Below are positions 12,693 to 30,504 of a stretch of 64,000 bases of DNA, piece after piece. Source of the stretch: Eledone cirrhosa (lineage: Eukaryota); the NCBI GenBank assembly GCA_964016885.1, contig OZ024744.1, positions 86,490,001-86,554,000 of the forward strand, written 5' to 3'. The position numbers were made by a program, and so were the translations under genes. How positions within the stretch are numbered: the first letter of the stretch is position 1; each line of letters starts with the position of its first letter. The notes below the pieces were generated by a model that saw only the letters and a list, made by a program, of their open reading frames with translations, was not told where the DNA came from and did not search any database.

Positions 12693-13067
12693 TTACTACT
12701 ACTACTACTACTATTAATAATAATAATTGTTTCTACTTTTAGTACAAGGCCAGCAAATACCTCAGTATATTACTGGTACTTTACTTTATCGACCCCGTAA
12801 AGATGAAAGGCAAAGTTAACCTCAACAATTATTTCTTACATAACAAAATATAATGTAAATAATATTAGTTATAAAATCTTACATTTTGCCACGAAGATCT
12901 GTGAATATCATTACTGAACATAAAGGGAAATTACTAAATATAACAGATACTAGAAATATTAGGAACATATATTTTTCTTTTTTATCTATTTACCTGATTG
13001 GGAGGGGTGGAATAAACAGACTTACACCGGTATCTGTTTAAATAATAACACATTGCAACAACTGCAA

Positions 13068-13102
13068 TAGTAGTGATGGTTGTAGTAGTAGTAGTGATGG
13101 TT

Positions 13103-13193
<91 letters not shown>

Positions 13194-13197
13194 TGGC

Positions 13198-13231
<34 letters not shown>

Positions 13232-13232
13232 A

Positions 13233-13268
<36 letters not shown>

Positions 13269-13540
13269 CAGCAGTAGTAGTATTAGTAGTAGTAGTAGTA
13301 GTAGTAGTAGTAGCAGCAGCAGCAGTAGTAGTAGTAGTAACAGTAGTGAAGGTTGTAGTAGTAGTAGTGATGGTTGTAGTAGTAGTAGTAGTAGTAGCAG
13401 CAGCAGCAGCAGCAGCAGAGCAGCAGTAGTAGTAGTGGTGGTGGAGGTGCTAGTAGTAGTTGTAGTTGTAGTAGTAGTAGTAGTAGCAGCAGCAACAGCA
13501 GAAAGAACAACAGTGGCAGTAAGAACAACAGCAGTAATAA
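13068..13540. repeat. (TAG)n/(CAG)n imperfect microsatellite
   Basis: Direct reading. Confidence 0.95.
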
Positions 13541-13757
13541 TGATTTCTAGTATAAACACAAGGCCAGCAATTACGGGGGAGGGAAAACTCTATTAAATCG
13601 AAACCAGTACATTACTGGTACTTTATGTTATCGGCCCCGTAAGGATGAAGGGCAAAGTTAAACTCGGTGGCAGTTGAACTCTGACCGTAAAGGACCGTAA
13701 CTCTATGCTGCAAAGCATGGTATCCGATTCTCTACCGATACTGCCAATCCACTGCCC
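13541..13757 (-). mobile_element. tRNA-derived SINE
   Basis: Family match. Confidence 0.85.
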
Positions 13758-13906
13758 TAACAACAGCAATAAAAATGACAAAAACAGCATCAGCAACAAT
13801 ATATATACAGAGTTAGTTATAAATGACAGGGCAGCCAATTCATTTTTATTGCAAGGTTCACTGACAACCTTTTTCAACATCCACTTATCTGTGTGTGATC
13901 AGCCAT

Positions 13907-14092
13907 GGTTTGGCAGTATCGGTAGAGGGTCGGACGCCATGCTTTGACGCATAGAGTTACGTCCCTTTACGATCTGAGTTCAAATCCCGCCGAGGTTGAC
14001 TTTGCCTTTCATCCTTACGGGGGTCGATAAAATAAAGTACCAGTAATACACTGGGTCATTGCTGGCCTTGTGCCTAACGTAGAAACAGTTAT
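13907..14092 (+). mobile_element. tRNA-derived SINE
   Basis: Family match. Confidence 0.85.
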
Positions 14093-14392
14093 ATTTTTTA
14101 ACTACTTTTGTTCGATACATTTATAATTTCATAAAGTATGACCAGATTTTTTGTAAATATCATTTGGAATATAAATGTTGGACTGCTCGGTTACTTATAA
14201 CTCAACCTGTATACTAGCAAGAAATAAGCGACAGGTGTAACTAGCTATAAAGAAAGAAAAGTAAAACAGTGATATAACTGCCAAATACCAACAATTGCGA
14301 TAAAGAGCCCGTCTTTTGACACATAAACCCGAATACAATATCAACGACGTGACCACTGTAAGAAAGAAAAAGAACAGAGGCTGTAATAAAAG

Positions 14393-15125
14393 GGTAAAGA
14401 TCCCCATCGGTCACGAATGACCATGGGACTTGCACCTAGAAAATTCCCCTGCTGGGCACAAGTTTGTCTGTAAGGTTGTTTGTGGAAGGCCATCTATCTG
14501 ACTCCCTTATATACCAGTCTCCCCGCTCCACACCACCAGCTTGATACCAGTTACGTCTCAACTCATTTCTACAGCTGAGTAAACTGGAACAACGTGAAAT
14601 AAAGTCTCTTGCTCAAGGACACAACGCATCACCCGGTCCGAGAATCGAAATACCTGATGTTCAAAAGAGATAGAAGTGCAGGATAAATGCATACTATTGG
14701 AAACGCATCCATGAGCAACTCTTCGAAGATGTCATCATGGTATGATGTAGTGACTAAAAGGCTATACAATATAATTCTTATAAGGGACTGTCCTGAAGAT
14801 AAAATATAAAAAAGGTTGCAGCGGGATCGAGGTCATATTTCCACTTAATATGAAAGATTACTGGAATGTTTCAGTTAAAATCTCAATACAATCTAGATAT
14901 ATCGACAGTCGATTGACTTTTGTCAAATCCAACCGATGAAACAATATTTCCATTGGTCTTTCCAATTTCCAATACTATCTATCGGTCACAACTCCAGGTA
15001 GAAGGAGCAATATGAAATAAAGTGTCTTGATCAAGGACATAACGCATCACCTGATCTGGGAATCGAACTCACAACCTTATAATTGCTAATCCAATTCTCT
15101 AGCCACTCAGCCACGCGCATTCACC
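14393..15125 (-). mobile_element. Second tRNA-derived SINE family, two fragments (14393-14650 and 14990-15125)
   Basis: Minus strand shows a tRNA head (GTGGCTGAGTGGCTAG..GAGTTCGATTCCC) and core CTTGAGCAAGAGACTTTATTTCAC shared by both fragments. Confidence 0.7.
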
Positions 15126-15139
15126 TAATGGATACAACA

Positions 15140-15490
15140 GCAAAATAAATGATATGGGACAAAGAAAAAAGATAACTGGAAGAGTAGTGCAATTCAGTTA
15201 AGTAGTTGATACTAGACATGTGTTAAAGAATAGTGAAGCAGAGAACATATATACCGAATTAATGAGGAACCAGCAGAAGCTCTACTGTGACTCCACCTTT
15301 AGATTATAACCTGTAATCATTAAAGCACTCGGAAATGTTACAAACACCGTCACTACAAATCCTGTGTAGCTTGACTTTACAGAATCTGAGAGAACATGGT
15401 AGTTAGGAAGTTACAAGTACAGTCGTTTATATAAAAATATTGTAAATCATTTATTTAACAAATTTTGCATGTTGTGACACATGTATAGAT
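15140..15490 (+). mobile_element. Degraded R4-like RLE LINE 3' fragment
   Basis: Homologous to 33240-33452 (TFR..PVII.ALG.V..VRKLQVQS). Confidence 0.6.
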
Positions 15491-15512
15491 TTAGAAACAT
15501 GTATGTATATAT

Positions 15513-15700
15513 GGTGGATGGCAGTATCGGTAGAGGGTCGGACGCCATGCTTTGCAGCAAAGAGTTACGTCCCTTGCTATTCTGAGTTCAAATCACGCCG
15601 AGGTTAACTTTGCCTTTCATCCTTATGGGGTCGATAAAATAAAGTACCAGTAATACACTGGGATAATTGCTGGCCTTGTGCCAAAAGTAGAAACAATTAT
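15513..15700 (+). mobile_element. tRNA-derived SINE
   Basis: Family match. Confidence 0.85.
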
Positions 15701-15769
15701 ATTTAGAGATTAAACTCATAGTCGTTTACAATTAATCAGCTCAAAGAAAGAGGCATTCTGAGCAGTGAA

Positions 15770-15885
15770 ATACAAGTTATATATTAATATATATGATAAA
15801 CACAAACGTGTTTGTATTGTATAGCCAACTTTGTCTCTTACAATACAAACACGTTTGTGTTTATCATATATATTAATATATAACT

Positions 15886-15920
<35 letters not shown>

Positions 15921-16078
15921 GATATTAACAAATGGAAACTATATTTATAAAACCATATTTATTTCATTATACATATTTCCTTTATTGTCGAGCGCTTTAT
16001 ATTATAACTGCCTTGAAATATGTATAATGAAATAAATATGGTTTTATAAATATAGTTTCCATTTGTTAATATCGTATT
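15770..16078. repeat. Two adjacent AT-rich fold-backs (15770-15890 and 15918-16078) separated by (TA)n
   Basis: Arms of about 50-60 bp read as reverse complements. Confidence 0.8.
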
Positions 16079-16159
16079 TTTACTCCAATTATTTGTTGAG
16101 TGCTTTATATCAGTTATAAAAATATTTGCTTGTTATATCCCCACAATTTAAATAGAATT

Positions 16160-21075
<4,916 letters not shown>

Positions 21076-21359
21076 GAGATTCTTCCATCACACGTTGAAG
21101 CACATACTTTTTACAACAGCTTCATGATCAGAATATGGACGGGTTTTGCCTCATTTTTACTGCTTCTTTTATTATAGGCAGATGTATTTTATGAAATTTT
21201 AGGCAGTTGTTTCTTCTGTGGCATTCTATTGGCTTTTTGCTCACCGAAATTTGAAAATAAAGTTTGACCGTCATATGTCACATGTTTATGACTTATGTAT
21301 GAAGTTTGTATGGTTAGTATTGTATAATATTTTAGTTTGTGTATTAATCCTTGCATGGT

Positions 21360-21590
21360 ATTGTAAGCTTGGCATCGTCTCCACAATTAAACGTCCTTTC
21401 CAGCACGTCCCCCTGACCATACTCTGGGGAAACGCCTTCTCCATTCTGTCCACCGGGGTTGTGGGGAGGCCAGTACGCGTTACCCCATTTGCTCACCATA
21501 CGGAGAAATGTGGGGTAGGCGAGAGAGATGGAGGCGATGACAGTGAGAGTTCGGCACTTCCAAGTTCGGACCATATCCTTATGGTTGTGT
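21360..21590 (-). mobile_element. Fragment related to a Tx1-like ORF1 region
   Basis: Reverse complement resembles 62740-62905 (ATGGTGAGCAAATGGG..CCCCGGTGGACA..AGAAGGCGTTTCCCC). Confidence 0.5.
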
Positions 21591-22299
21591 TCATTAAGCA
21601 GCTAAATCTTCCTTTTCTACTATCTTTCACTGTTTCAGCTTCAGTTGATAAAGATGTCCATGGGTCATAAACATGAACATCTACAAGTTCCTGGCAGAAT
21701 CAGAGTTGACACACGTATAACAACATCTATATTAAACGTCCATGTTTGTTAGAAATTCTTTATAATACGGATGCATTATAGTTAATATGTTCCTATTCAG
21801 CTTTGTTTTCTAGAGTGGTGTATTATGTTGTCTAGAAAATGGGAGGCAGTAAAATATGCCAACATCACTCCACATTCTAATACGAGCATGAAAATCTAGG
21901 AACGTTGAATGGATTATGGATTTAGGAAATTTCTTATGCCTATATCGCAGCAAATGACTCATAAGCAAATATATGATAAAAATTTAGTAAAACAATTAAA
22001 ACACGAATTTAGTAGTATCTTTAAACACACACACAACTCCCTAACACACACACACACACACATATATATATATTATAAAATGATAGGAGGCAGGACTGGT
22101 GTAATTCCTTTCAGTATGAATCCGGTGACATCATCAGGTATTCCAAAATTTATCCAAGAAAAGAATATAATAATAGACAGAATCCAAGGGGCTGAAAAGC
22201 AGAGAGAAATGCCCAAAGCGAGAAGGCGGCCCACAATTAGCAGTTGCTAGTCCTTTCAAGTGAAGAATCTACTTAATCTTGTCTTATATACATATATAT

Positions 22300-23777
22300 A
22301 TATTTCATTTCATTTCATTTCATTTGAGTTTGAGTCCATGCTCAGGCCAAGTCGAAGACTCCACCCTCAGAGTCTGGTGTGGTTGCCAGGTTGGATTCTC
22401 TGTTTAATTTTGACATGTGTAGGAGCGAGTTTCAGTCAGTTTGTGCTCGTTGTGTATATCCTGGGAGATGGGGTTCATCTCTAATGGTGCTTAAGTATCT
22501 ATCCAGCTGCAATTTGAATGATTCCACACTGCATCCTGATAGATTTCTGACATGTACCGGAATGGAGTTGAATAGTTGTGCCCCTCGAACCAACAGATTT
22601 GACTCTCGCAGGGTTTTTGCTGCCTGGCCAGCCCTTTTGTTGATTGGTGGTAGCTGGCAGCGGCTTCCGTGGCGCAATGAGTGGTAGGTTTTGATACCAA
22701 AGTTTAGCACCTTTTGCTCTATCATTTTCCAAATGTATATAATTCGGTATCGCTCAAATCTTTTTTCTATTGAGTACATCTTCAAGGTTTTGAGTCTTTG
22801 CCAATAGTCCAGGTCCCTTGTTTCTGAGAAGTATGAGGTAAAATTTCTTTGGAGCGATTCCATCTTAGATAGTTGGCCCTTTGTTGTTGGTGACCACAAC
22901 TGAGAACAGTAGTCAATCCTCGGAAGTACCATACTGTTCCAGAGGGTTTTCATTGTTGAGGTATCTCTTGATTTGAAGGTGCGCAAGATCCACCCGCTGT
23001 ACTTTCTTGCAGTAAGACAGACTGAGTCAAGGTGTTCTCTGAATTTTAGGCTGGTTCCCATGTGGATGCCTAAATCTTTCACACACTGTTTTTCCATTAT
23101 TTGTTGTCCTGATGGGTTTCTGTAGTTTGTTGTATTTTTCAGATCTTGATCTGTTCCGTAGCGGATTAGTTCAAACTTCTTATCATTGAACAACAAGTTG
23201 TTTGTTTCCTGCCATTTGTATATGGTGGTTAGGTCCTTTTGTAAGGCCTCTGTATCCACCTCGTCTTTGATTTGTCTCATGACCCTGGTGTCATCAGCAA
23301 AGGATGAGACGTTGCTGGTTGTACCTTCATCTATGTCAGAGATGAGGATGAGAAACAGGATCGGGCCGAGTACTGTACCCTGAGGAACACTGCTGGTCAC
23401 AGGTGATGGTGTTGAATGGGTTCCATTCACAGTGACTGTTTGAGTTCTATTTGTAAGGAACTCATGTATCCATGTACCAACTTTTCCTCCTACTCCTAGC
23501 TTTCGAAGTTTGTGTCCCAGGATGCCATGATCTACCTTGTCAAATGCCTTGGCAAAGTCGAGGTAAATAACATCTGTGTTGTATCCATTCTCTAGATTTT
23601 CTAGGATTTGGTCATGGTGTGCCAGTAGTTGAGAAAGACATGATCTACCTAACCTGAATCCATGCTGATTGCAATTCATCAGATTGTTGGATTCCAGGAA
23701 CTCAACCAGTTTTCCACGAACTATTCTTTCGAAGACCTTGATAATGTGTGATGTCAGTGAGATTGGTCGGTAGTTCT
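22300..23777 (-). mobile_element. 5'-truncated CR1/Jockey-group LINE with a (AATGA)n tail, in (TA)n
   Basis: RT ORF plus short 3' UTR and tandem-repeat tail. Confidence 0.9.
22432..23775 (-). CDS. LINE reverse transcriptase domain; reading frame uninterrupted but 5'-truncated
   Basis: NYRPISLTS, QHGFR, YLDFAKAFDKV, SVPQGTVLGP, FADD, KDLG. Confidence 0.85.
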   Translation of the reverse strand, partial: NYRPISLTSHIIKVFERIVRGKLVEFLESNNLMNCNQHGFRLGRSCLSQLLAHHDQILENLENGYNTDVIYLDFAKAFDKVDHGILGHKLRKLGVGGKVGTWIHEFLTNRTQTVTVNGTHSTPSPVTSSVPQGTVLGPILFLILISDIDEGTTSNVSSFADDTRVMRQIKDEVDTEALQKDLTTIYKWQETNNLLFNDKKFELIRYGTDQDLKNTTNYRNPSGQQIMEKQCVKDLGIHMGTSLKFREHLDSVCLTARKYSGWILRTFKSRDTSTMKTLWNSMVLPRIDYCSQLWSPTTKGQLSKMESLQRNFTSYFSETRDLDYWQRLKTLKMYSIEKRFERYRIIYIWKMIEQKVLNFGIKTYHSLRHGSRCQLPPINKRAGQAAKTLRESNLLVRGAQLFNSIPVHVRNLSGCSVESFKLQLDRYLSTIRDEPHLPGYTQRAQTD

Positions 23778-23849
23778 ATATATATATATAATCAATGAAA
23801 CAATTTTTAATACTGTAAATAAAACCGTTATTCTTCCCTCTTTCACTAT

Positions 23850-24017
<168 letters not shown>

Positions 24018-24264
24018 CAGTGAACTACGGTGCAGGCTTGAATGGGTCATTGTTTGGCTGAGAGGGGGAACTGACTAAGCGAATTTCGTTGAAATCTGCG
24101 GTAGCTAATGGTCAACTTCCCCCTGAACCTGCGCTTGCGCAGACCAGTGGGTGTGAATTGGTACTCACAGGGGAACGGAGAAGAACCCAAAAGTACATAC
24201 TTCGTCCGTTCCCATGTCGATTCAATTTGGATTGCCTCGGAAACATAACCTTATTATGTAACAA

Positions 24265-24338
24265 GCTGTCTGACGATGTCGCGAAACCGGCGCACAGAAC
24301 AGTGTGGCCACTTTCGCCATTGAAATATATATCACAGC
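24265..24338 (+). ncRNA. Type I hammerhead-like motif with extended stem II (family E)
   Basis: GCTGT-CTGACGA-long stem II (GCGAAA/TTTCGC)-GAAA-TATATA-TC-ACAGC. Confidence 0.65.
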
Positions 24339-24806
24339 ATTATTATTAAAAGACTTGAACATCTGAAACTACTTCGCTTTTCCTTATTCTCTCTCTCTCT
24401 CTATATATATATATAAATATAAGTATATAAATATAGAGTGAAAGAGTGAAGAATAACATGGTTTTATTTACAGTATTAACAATTGTTTCATTGACTAAGT
24501 AGTCTAAAAATTGATAATGAAGTTGTGTCACTCAATTTTAAATACAAATCTTCAGAAAAACTGATTAGAATTATACACGGCGTTTGTAATATACTAGGGA
24601 GATTCAAATTACAGCATCAGTAATAAAGAAAGAAACAAAAATATATTTATTAAATAACAGATTAAAGTTTAAGCAAAGAATCGGTGCTTTCACCCTTAAC
24701 GGGATCTTCTGAAAAAAATATTTGCTCTCCGGTTTTTATATATATTTATATATATATTATCCTTATCGAACCCTCTTCGGATTTTAATCTTCACATTTAT
24801 TATTAT

Positions 24807-24834
<28 letters not shown>

Positions 24835-24844
<10 letters not shown>

Positions 24845-25849
24845 AGATCAAAAGATGGTTAAAAGAGTTCCATGTATTTTATTATGCGCATTTCAAAAAC
24901 AAATATCATCATGCAATAACATTTGTGTTTTTATCAGATAAAAATAGGAAGACATGATATGAAGGTTAAAAACACTTGTGGATAGTGCAGTTTTAAATCA
25001 ACATATGAAAAGTAGTTTTAGATTGATGTGTAATATTGGTGAAAACATTTTTTGAGGGAGGGGGAGGTTGGAAAGGATGAAAAAGAGGAGATGAGAGTAA
25101 AAAGTGGAGGGGGAGGAGTATAATGAGGAAGGATGAGATAGGAGGAGAGATGGGTGATAGAGAGAGAGAGAGATAGCTTTTATAACTGAGAAAAATATAT
25201 TGTTTTACATTGAGAGGTTGAAAAACCGTTGGAAGATGATGTATAAATTAAAAGAATTTGAAAATTAACGAAGAGAAAAATAATGTAAAGTTAAGGTTTG
25301 TATATTGAAGGGTTTAATAATATGTGCGATGAAAAGAAATTGTTAATATGTATTAAGAATAATATTTAAGGGTTTAATAATATGTGCGATGGAAAGAAAA
25401 TGTTAATATGTATTAAGAATAATATTTAAGGGTTTAATAATATGTGCGATGGAAAGAAAATGTTGATATGTATTATTAAAAAAAAACAAAAGTAATGTAA
25501 GTAAGGATATATTGTGAGATGAGCATGAATAAGTTAGATGAAAGTGAGAAAAAAATAATGAATAGAGGATGAATAATCTAACGTCAAAAAAATGTTTATG
25601 TTTACGAAGGATTTTTTCAAGGTGATACAAAGTAAGAATATATTGTATTGTGTAATAATTGTTTCTATGTTAGGCACAGTGAGAAAAGGTACAGATTAGG
25701 GGTCAGAAATTAAAAGAAAAAGAAAAGAAAAAGAAAAGGAAGAAAGGGAAGTGATAAATAGGAGTGATATAGAATGAGTAACAAGTATTATATAATGTAT
25801 AATAAATAACTTTGAAATAAGGTAGAAAGATGGGTATATTTTTAAAGAA

Positions 25850-25902
<53 letters not shown>

Positions 25903-26190
25903 CCTTTGAGAAAAGGATTCTGAATTGATAAAGTTTAGGATATTAGCTGTATACTTTATGGAATGTTCTGTGGAATTTATGCAAGCAGAGAGAAAACAAG
26001 TCAGTGCGTCTATTTATTATAGAATCTAAATTAGATATAATGGTAAATTTTTCATTTAGACAGAGATTGCAAGTCTTGGATATAGAAGAAACCTTTTTCC
26101 AAGAGATGTTATATTTAATATTTTTGTCTTCCAAGGACCATATAATGAAATACATGGAACTCTTTTAACCATCTTTTGATCTTATATATT
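24835..26190 (-). mobile_element. Degraded Naiad-like PLE fragment bounded by about 45-bp inverted repeats; contains a 60-bp tandem repeat (about 25308-25478)
   Basis: [41 protein letters not shown] at 25943-26140; inverted repeat 24838-24885/26142-26190. Confidence 0.6.
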
Positions 26191-26279
26191 ATGTATACTC
26201 CAGTCCTACAATCTGTAGAGTGCTTCTTATCCGATATCTGCATTGCTTTATTGTACTACAATAAAAACTCACCTCCTAC

Positions 26280-26331
<52 letters not shown>

Positions 26332-26332
<1 letters not shown>

Positions 26333-26523
26333 GAACAAGTATGACCCCGACGGCAGAGCTCAAGCCGTTTCGACGGGTATTTTTGTCATGAAATAGCCGT
26401 CGAAACGGCTTGAGCTCTGCCGTCGGAATCATACTTGTTCCTATTACCCACTCTACTACCCTAAGTATTGAGTACTTTGGTGCGTTATGGTCCATCTGGT
26501 TCCTTACCACAATTCCTTCGTTA
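26332..26523 (+). mobile_element. Family B fold-back element (HHR 3' half + tail) in (TA)n
   Basis: Palindrome 26332-26440 followed by a conserved tail of about 85 nt. Confidence 0.8.
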
Positions 26524-26954
26524 TATATATATATATATATATATGAATAAAATTAGTCCTTCATCAGTGATCTTCCAACCTTCATTGGTATTTCTTCGCT
26601 TTAAAGTCATATACCTCTGTTTGGTGCGAGCAATAACTAAAGAAAGTTATTGGGACACGTAAAATAGGGTGAAGAGAGCGAGACTTGTAAACAAACATAG
26701 ATGGTAATGCAACGGAAAGAGAGGAAGAAAAGAGACAAGTCTTTGATATCTATGAACTTAAGCCCGGTGAAATCATAGACGAGAGGTAAAGACCATCCGA
26801 CCTGGGCGAGATATGAGCGAGAAAAGGATTTCACACAGGTCAAACTGGAGGAAGTGAGAGAGGGGGAGAAGCAGAGAGTGAGTGAGTGAAAGGGTGAGGA
26901 AGAGGCCAGCTGAGAGAGAGTGACTGGCTATACATCTGGTATACACACACACAC

Positions 26955-26991
<37 letters not shown>

Positions 26992-27802
26992 GACTAAGTT
27001 TTAACAAACATGAGACATACAGCTGTTAGTAGTAGTTTGAGATATTGCTGGTGGTTTAGAGGCTTTAATATTCATACTACCGATGTTAATCTTGTTGCTG
27101 TTTACCCAGTTTAAACCCTGGTCGGTGTAAATGAGCCAATATATGATCGAAAATATTCCGACTGTGACAATCCCGTTTTTATTTGTAGGGACTGGTTTAG
27201 TTGAGATTTGATAGCTATGTCGGTCGACTATGTGAAGCAACCACACAGAGGCTACGCCATGGTACGTCCTATTGTTTTTTTGGTGTTTGGTTATGTTGGT
27301 GATGTTGATATCGTTGTTGGTGTGTATGTGGTGGCTGATAGTGATGTTTTGGTTGTTATCATCATCGTTTTTACACATACTTATGACAGCGCTGATACAG
27401 ATAACGGTGCTCGAAATATTTTGTGTAGGAGGATGCTGATCAAAGAACTAGGCTCGGTATGTGAATAAGCAGGAGAATTAGGATGTCTTTGATTGGGTGT
27501 AGAAAGTAAATCTTGTATAGAGTGAAGATATTTGGGAAACTGGACATATCAAATTGTCCAAATGACTGACAGACACTCGCTTGCATCTGTCAGGAATCTG
27601 TTTCGCTTAGCCATTCAGTCTGAACACTATATACGATATGATAATTATCAATCATTTGATTAGGAAATAAGATAAGGTAATAGGCATGTTGTCACTTGAT
27701 ACGATAAACGCCAGCGTATGAAATGCACAAATCTACGCACATTCAAACATATGCACTCATACACACGTATATATATGTATATATATACATATATATATAT
27801 AT

Positions 27803-27918
<116 letters not shown>

Positions 27919-27984
27919 GTATATATATTTATATATTTATATGTACATGCATATATATGTATGTATGCATATATATGTATGTAC

Positions 27985-28020
<36 letters not shown>

Positions 28021-28042
28021 TTAAATAGTATATATGTATATA

Positions 28043-28152
<110 letters not shown>

Positions 28153-28218
28153 CATATACAAATATATGCATACATATAAATGTGTATGTATAAATGTATT
28201 TATATATGCACACACAGA

Positions 28219-28342
<124 letters not shown>

Positions 28343-28741
28343 TGTGTAATTCTGCGAATATCGATGAATATATGTATGACATTATTATAAAAATAATCCT
28401 TCATCTTTCCGAATCATGAATGCATTGCACAAGACTGTCAAATCTGGTAGAGTATTAAGATATTAGAGAAGAAACTGAAATACATATTACTAGATACGGA
28501 ATATATTTACGTATTCGGTGGTTTCCTAGTTGTCGATTCGTCTACGACTTAGAAAAAAGAAAAGATGAAGAACAAAAATAAAGTCAGAGTATTGTCGGTA
28601 GTTATGAATAAGTATTTAAACAATGTAGAAGTAAAAGAGGTATAGAAACTAATTATATTACTAGTACATATTCGGTTCTTATATAGGCGGATATTACCGT
28701 ATTATAAATTAGGGAAGATGGAAATAAAATGATCATATAAT

Positions 28742-28787
<46 letters not shown>

Positions 28788-29122
28788 CATATAATATATT
28801 TATAATATAATATAATATAATATAATATAATATAATATAATATAATATAATATAATATAATATAATATAATATAATATAATATAATATAATATATATATA
28901 TATGTATACATATGTATATATGTAGGGAAGTGATAATAAATATGAATACCAAAATCCGTAGAGGGCTTAATAAGGATTGTATATATACATATATAAAAGT
29001 ATATATATGTATATATAAACCCGTAGCTCAAATGTTTATTGGGTGAATGCTGCGATTTTTTGCTTAAACATTAATCTTTACTAATAATACACACACACAC
29101 ACATACACACACACAGACACAC

Positions 29123-29263
<141 letters not shown>

Positions 29264-29343
29264 AAACAATCAAAGAGCGCTTAGAACATTTAATCATTTA
29301 CGATCGTCTCACCGTTGTATATAATAAAGGTTAAAATATATAT

Positions 29344-29374
<31 letters not shown>

Positions 29375-29429
29375 CATATATATATACATATATATATACA
29401 TATATATATACATATATATATATATATAT

Positions 29430-29499
<70 letters not shown>

Positions 29500-29502
29500 T
29501 GA

Positions 29503-29551
29503 GATTCTACAGGACTAGAACTGTTTCATTCTTTAGAAATCATCAGGAATC
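29503..29551 (-). ncRNA. Type I hammerhead ribozyme (family C); mutated inverted copy at 29555-29608 (+)
   Basis: GATTC-CTGATGA-TTTC taaa GAAT-GAAA-CAG..CTG-TA-GAATC. Confidence 0.75.
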
Positions 29552-29824
29552 AGGAGAATCCTGTTGATTTCTATAGAATGAAACAGTTCTAGTCCTGTAG
29601 AATCTCATCTATATTAAAACTTTTATACGCTGCTATGTATTGAGTACCTTACTTACTGTGGTTACCTCCGATTCAACCCTGAATAACGTATATATATATA
29701 TATATACATATATACAGTATTTTCCGTTGTGTTGTAATATAAATATTACACACAGTAGATTATCAGCTCACGTAGAGTTTGCTCGACGGTTCCAGTTGTA
29801 GTTCCAAAAGTAATCCGGAGAAAA

Positions 29825-30460
29825 ATAGAAAGATTTGAATGGATACAGTTTAGTTGAAAGGAATTTATTGACACGTGTTTCTATAACAGTTACATAACCT
29901 AAAACAGCTATCTACAAACTTTTAGTTATGCAGACATTCAATATTTCAATGTTATTATTTACTGTCATTTCATCAGAATAATATTACTGAGGACCTATTT
30001 AGTTTTTATAGAGAATATTAGGAGGGAGGGGTGAAGTTGTTAGAAGAGTAGTTGAAGGAGTGGTTTTTCGATAGCAGTGAGAATTCTTGGTGGCAGTGAG
30101 TAATTAGATTCCCATCTGTTGTTTTGACATTTTTTATAATAATATATTCTATAAAAAATGTCAAAACAACAGATGGGAATCTAATTACTCACTGCCACCA
30201 AGAATTCTCACTGCTATCGAAAAACCACTCCTTCAACTATTCTTCTAACAACTTCACCCCTCCCTCCTAATATTCTCTATAAAAACTAAATAGGTCCTCA
30301 GTAATATTATTCTGATGAAATGACAGTAAATAATAACATTGAAATATTGAATGTCTGCATAACTAAAAGTTTGTAGATAGCTGTTTTAGGTTATGTAACT
30401 GTTATAGAAACACGTGTCAATAAATTCCTTTCAACTAAACTGTATCCATTCAAATCTTTC

Positions 30461-30463
<3 letters not shown>
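29825..30463. repeat. Near-perfect 640-bp palindrome (arms about 314 bp, spacer about 11 nt)
   Basis: Arms read as reverse complements with only about 2 differences noticed. Confidence 0.93.

Positions 30464-30504
<41 letters not shown>

Noticed and set aside
13038-13559. Poly-Leu and poly-Val ORFs
   Set aside because: (TAG)n microsatellite
10624-15700. Regularly recurring repeats as a CRISPR-like array or tRNA genes
   Set aside because: Dispersed SINE copies in both orientations; eukaryotic context; no cloverleaf
22085-22146. Minus-strand CTGATGA..GAAA-GGA..TCC-T motif
   Set aside because: G at position 17 and poor stems I and II; probably a decayed HHR
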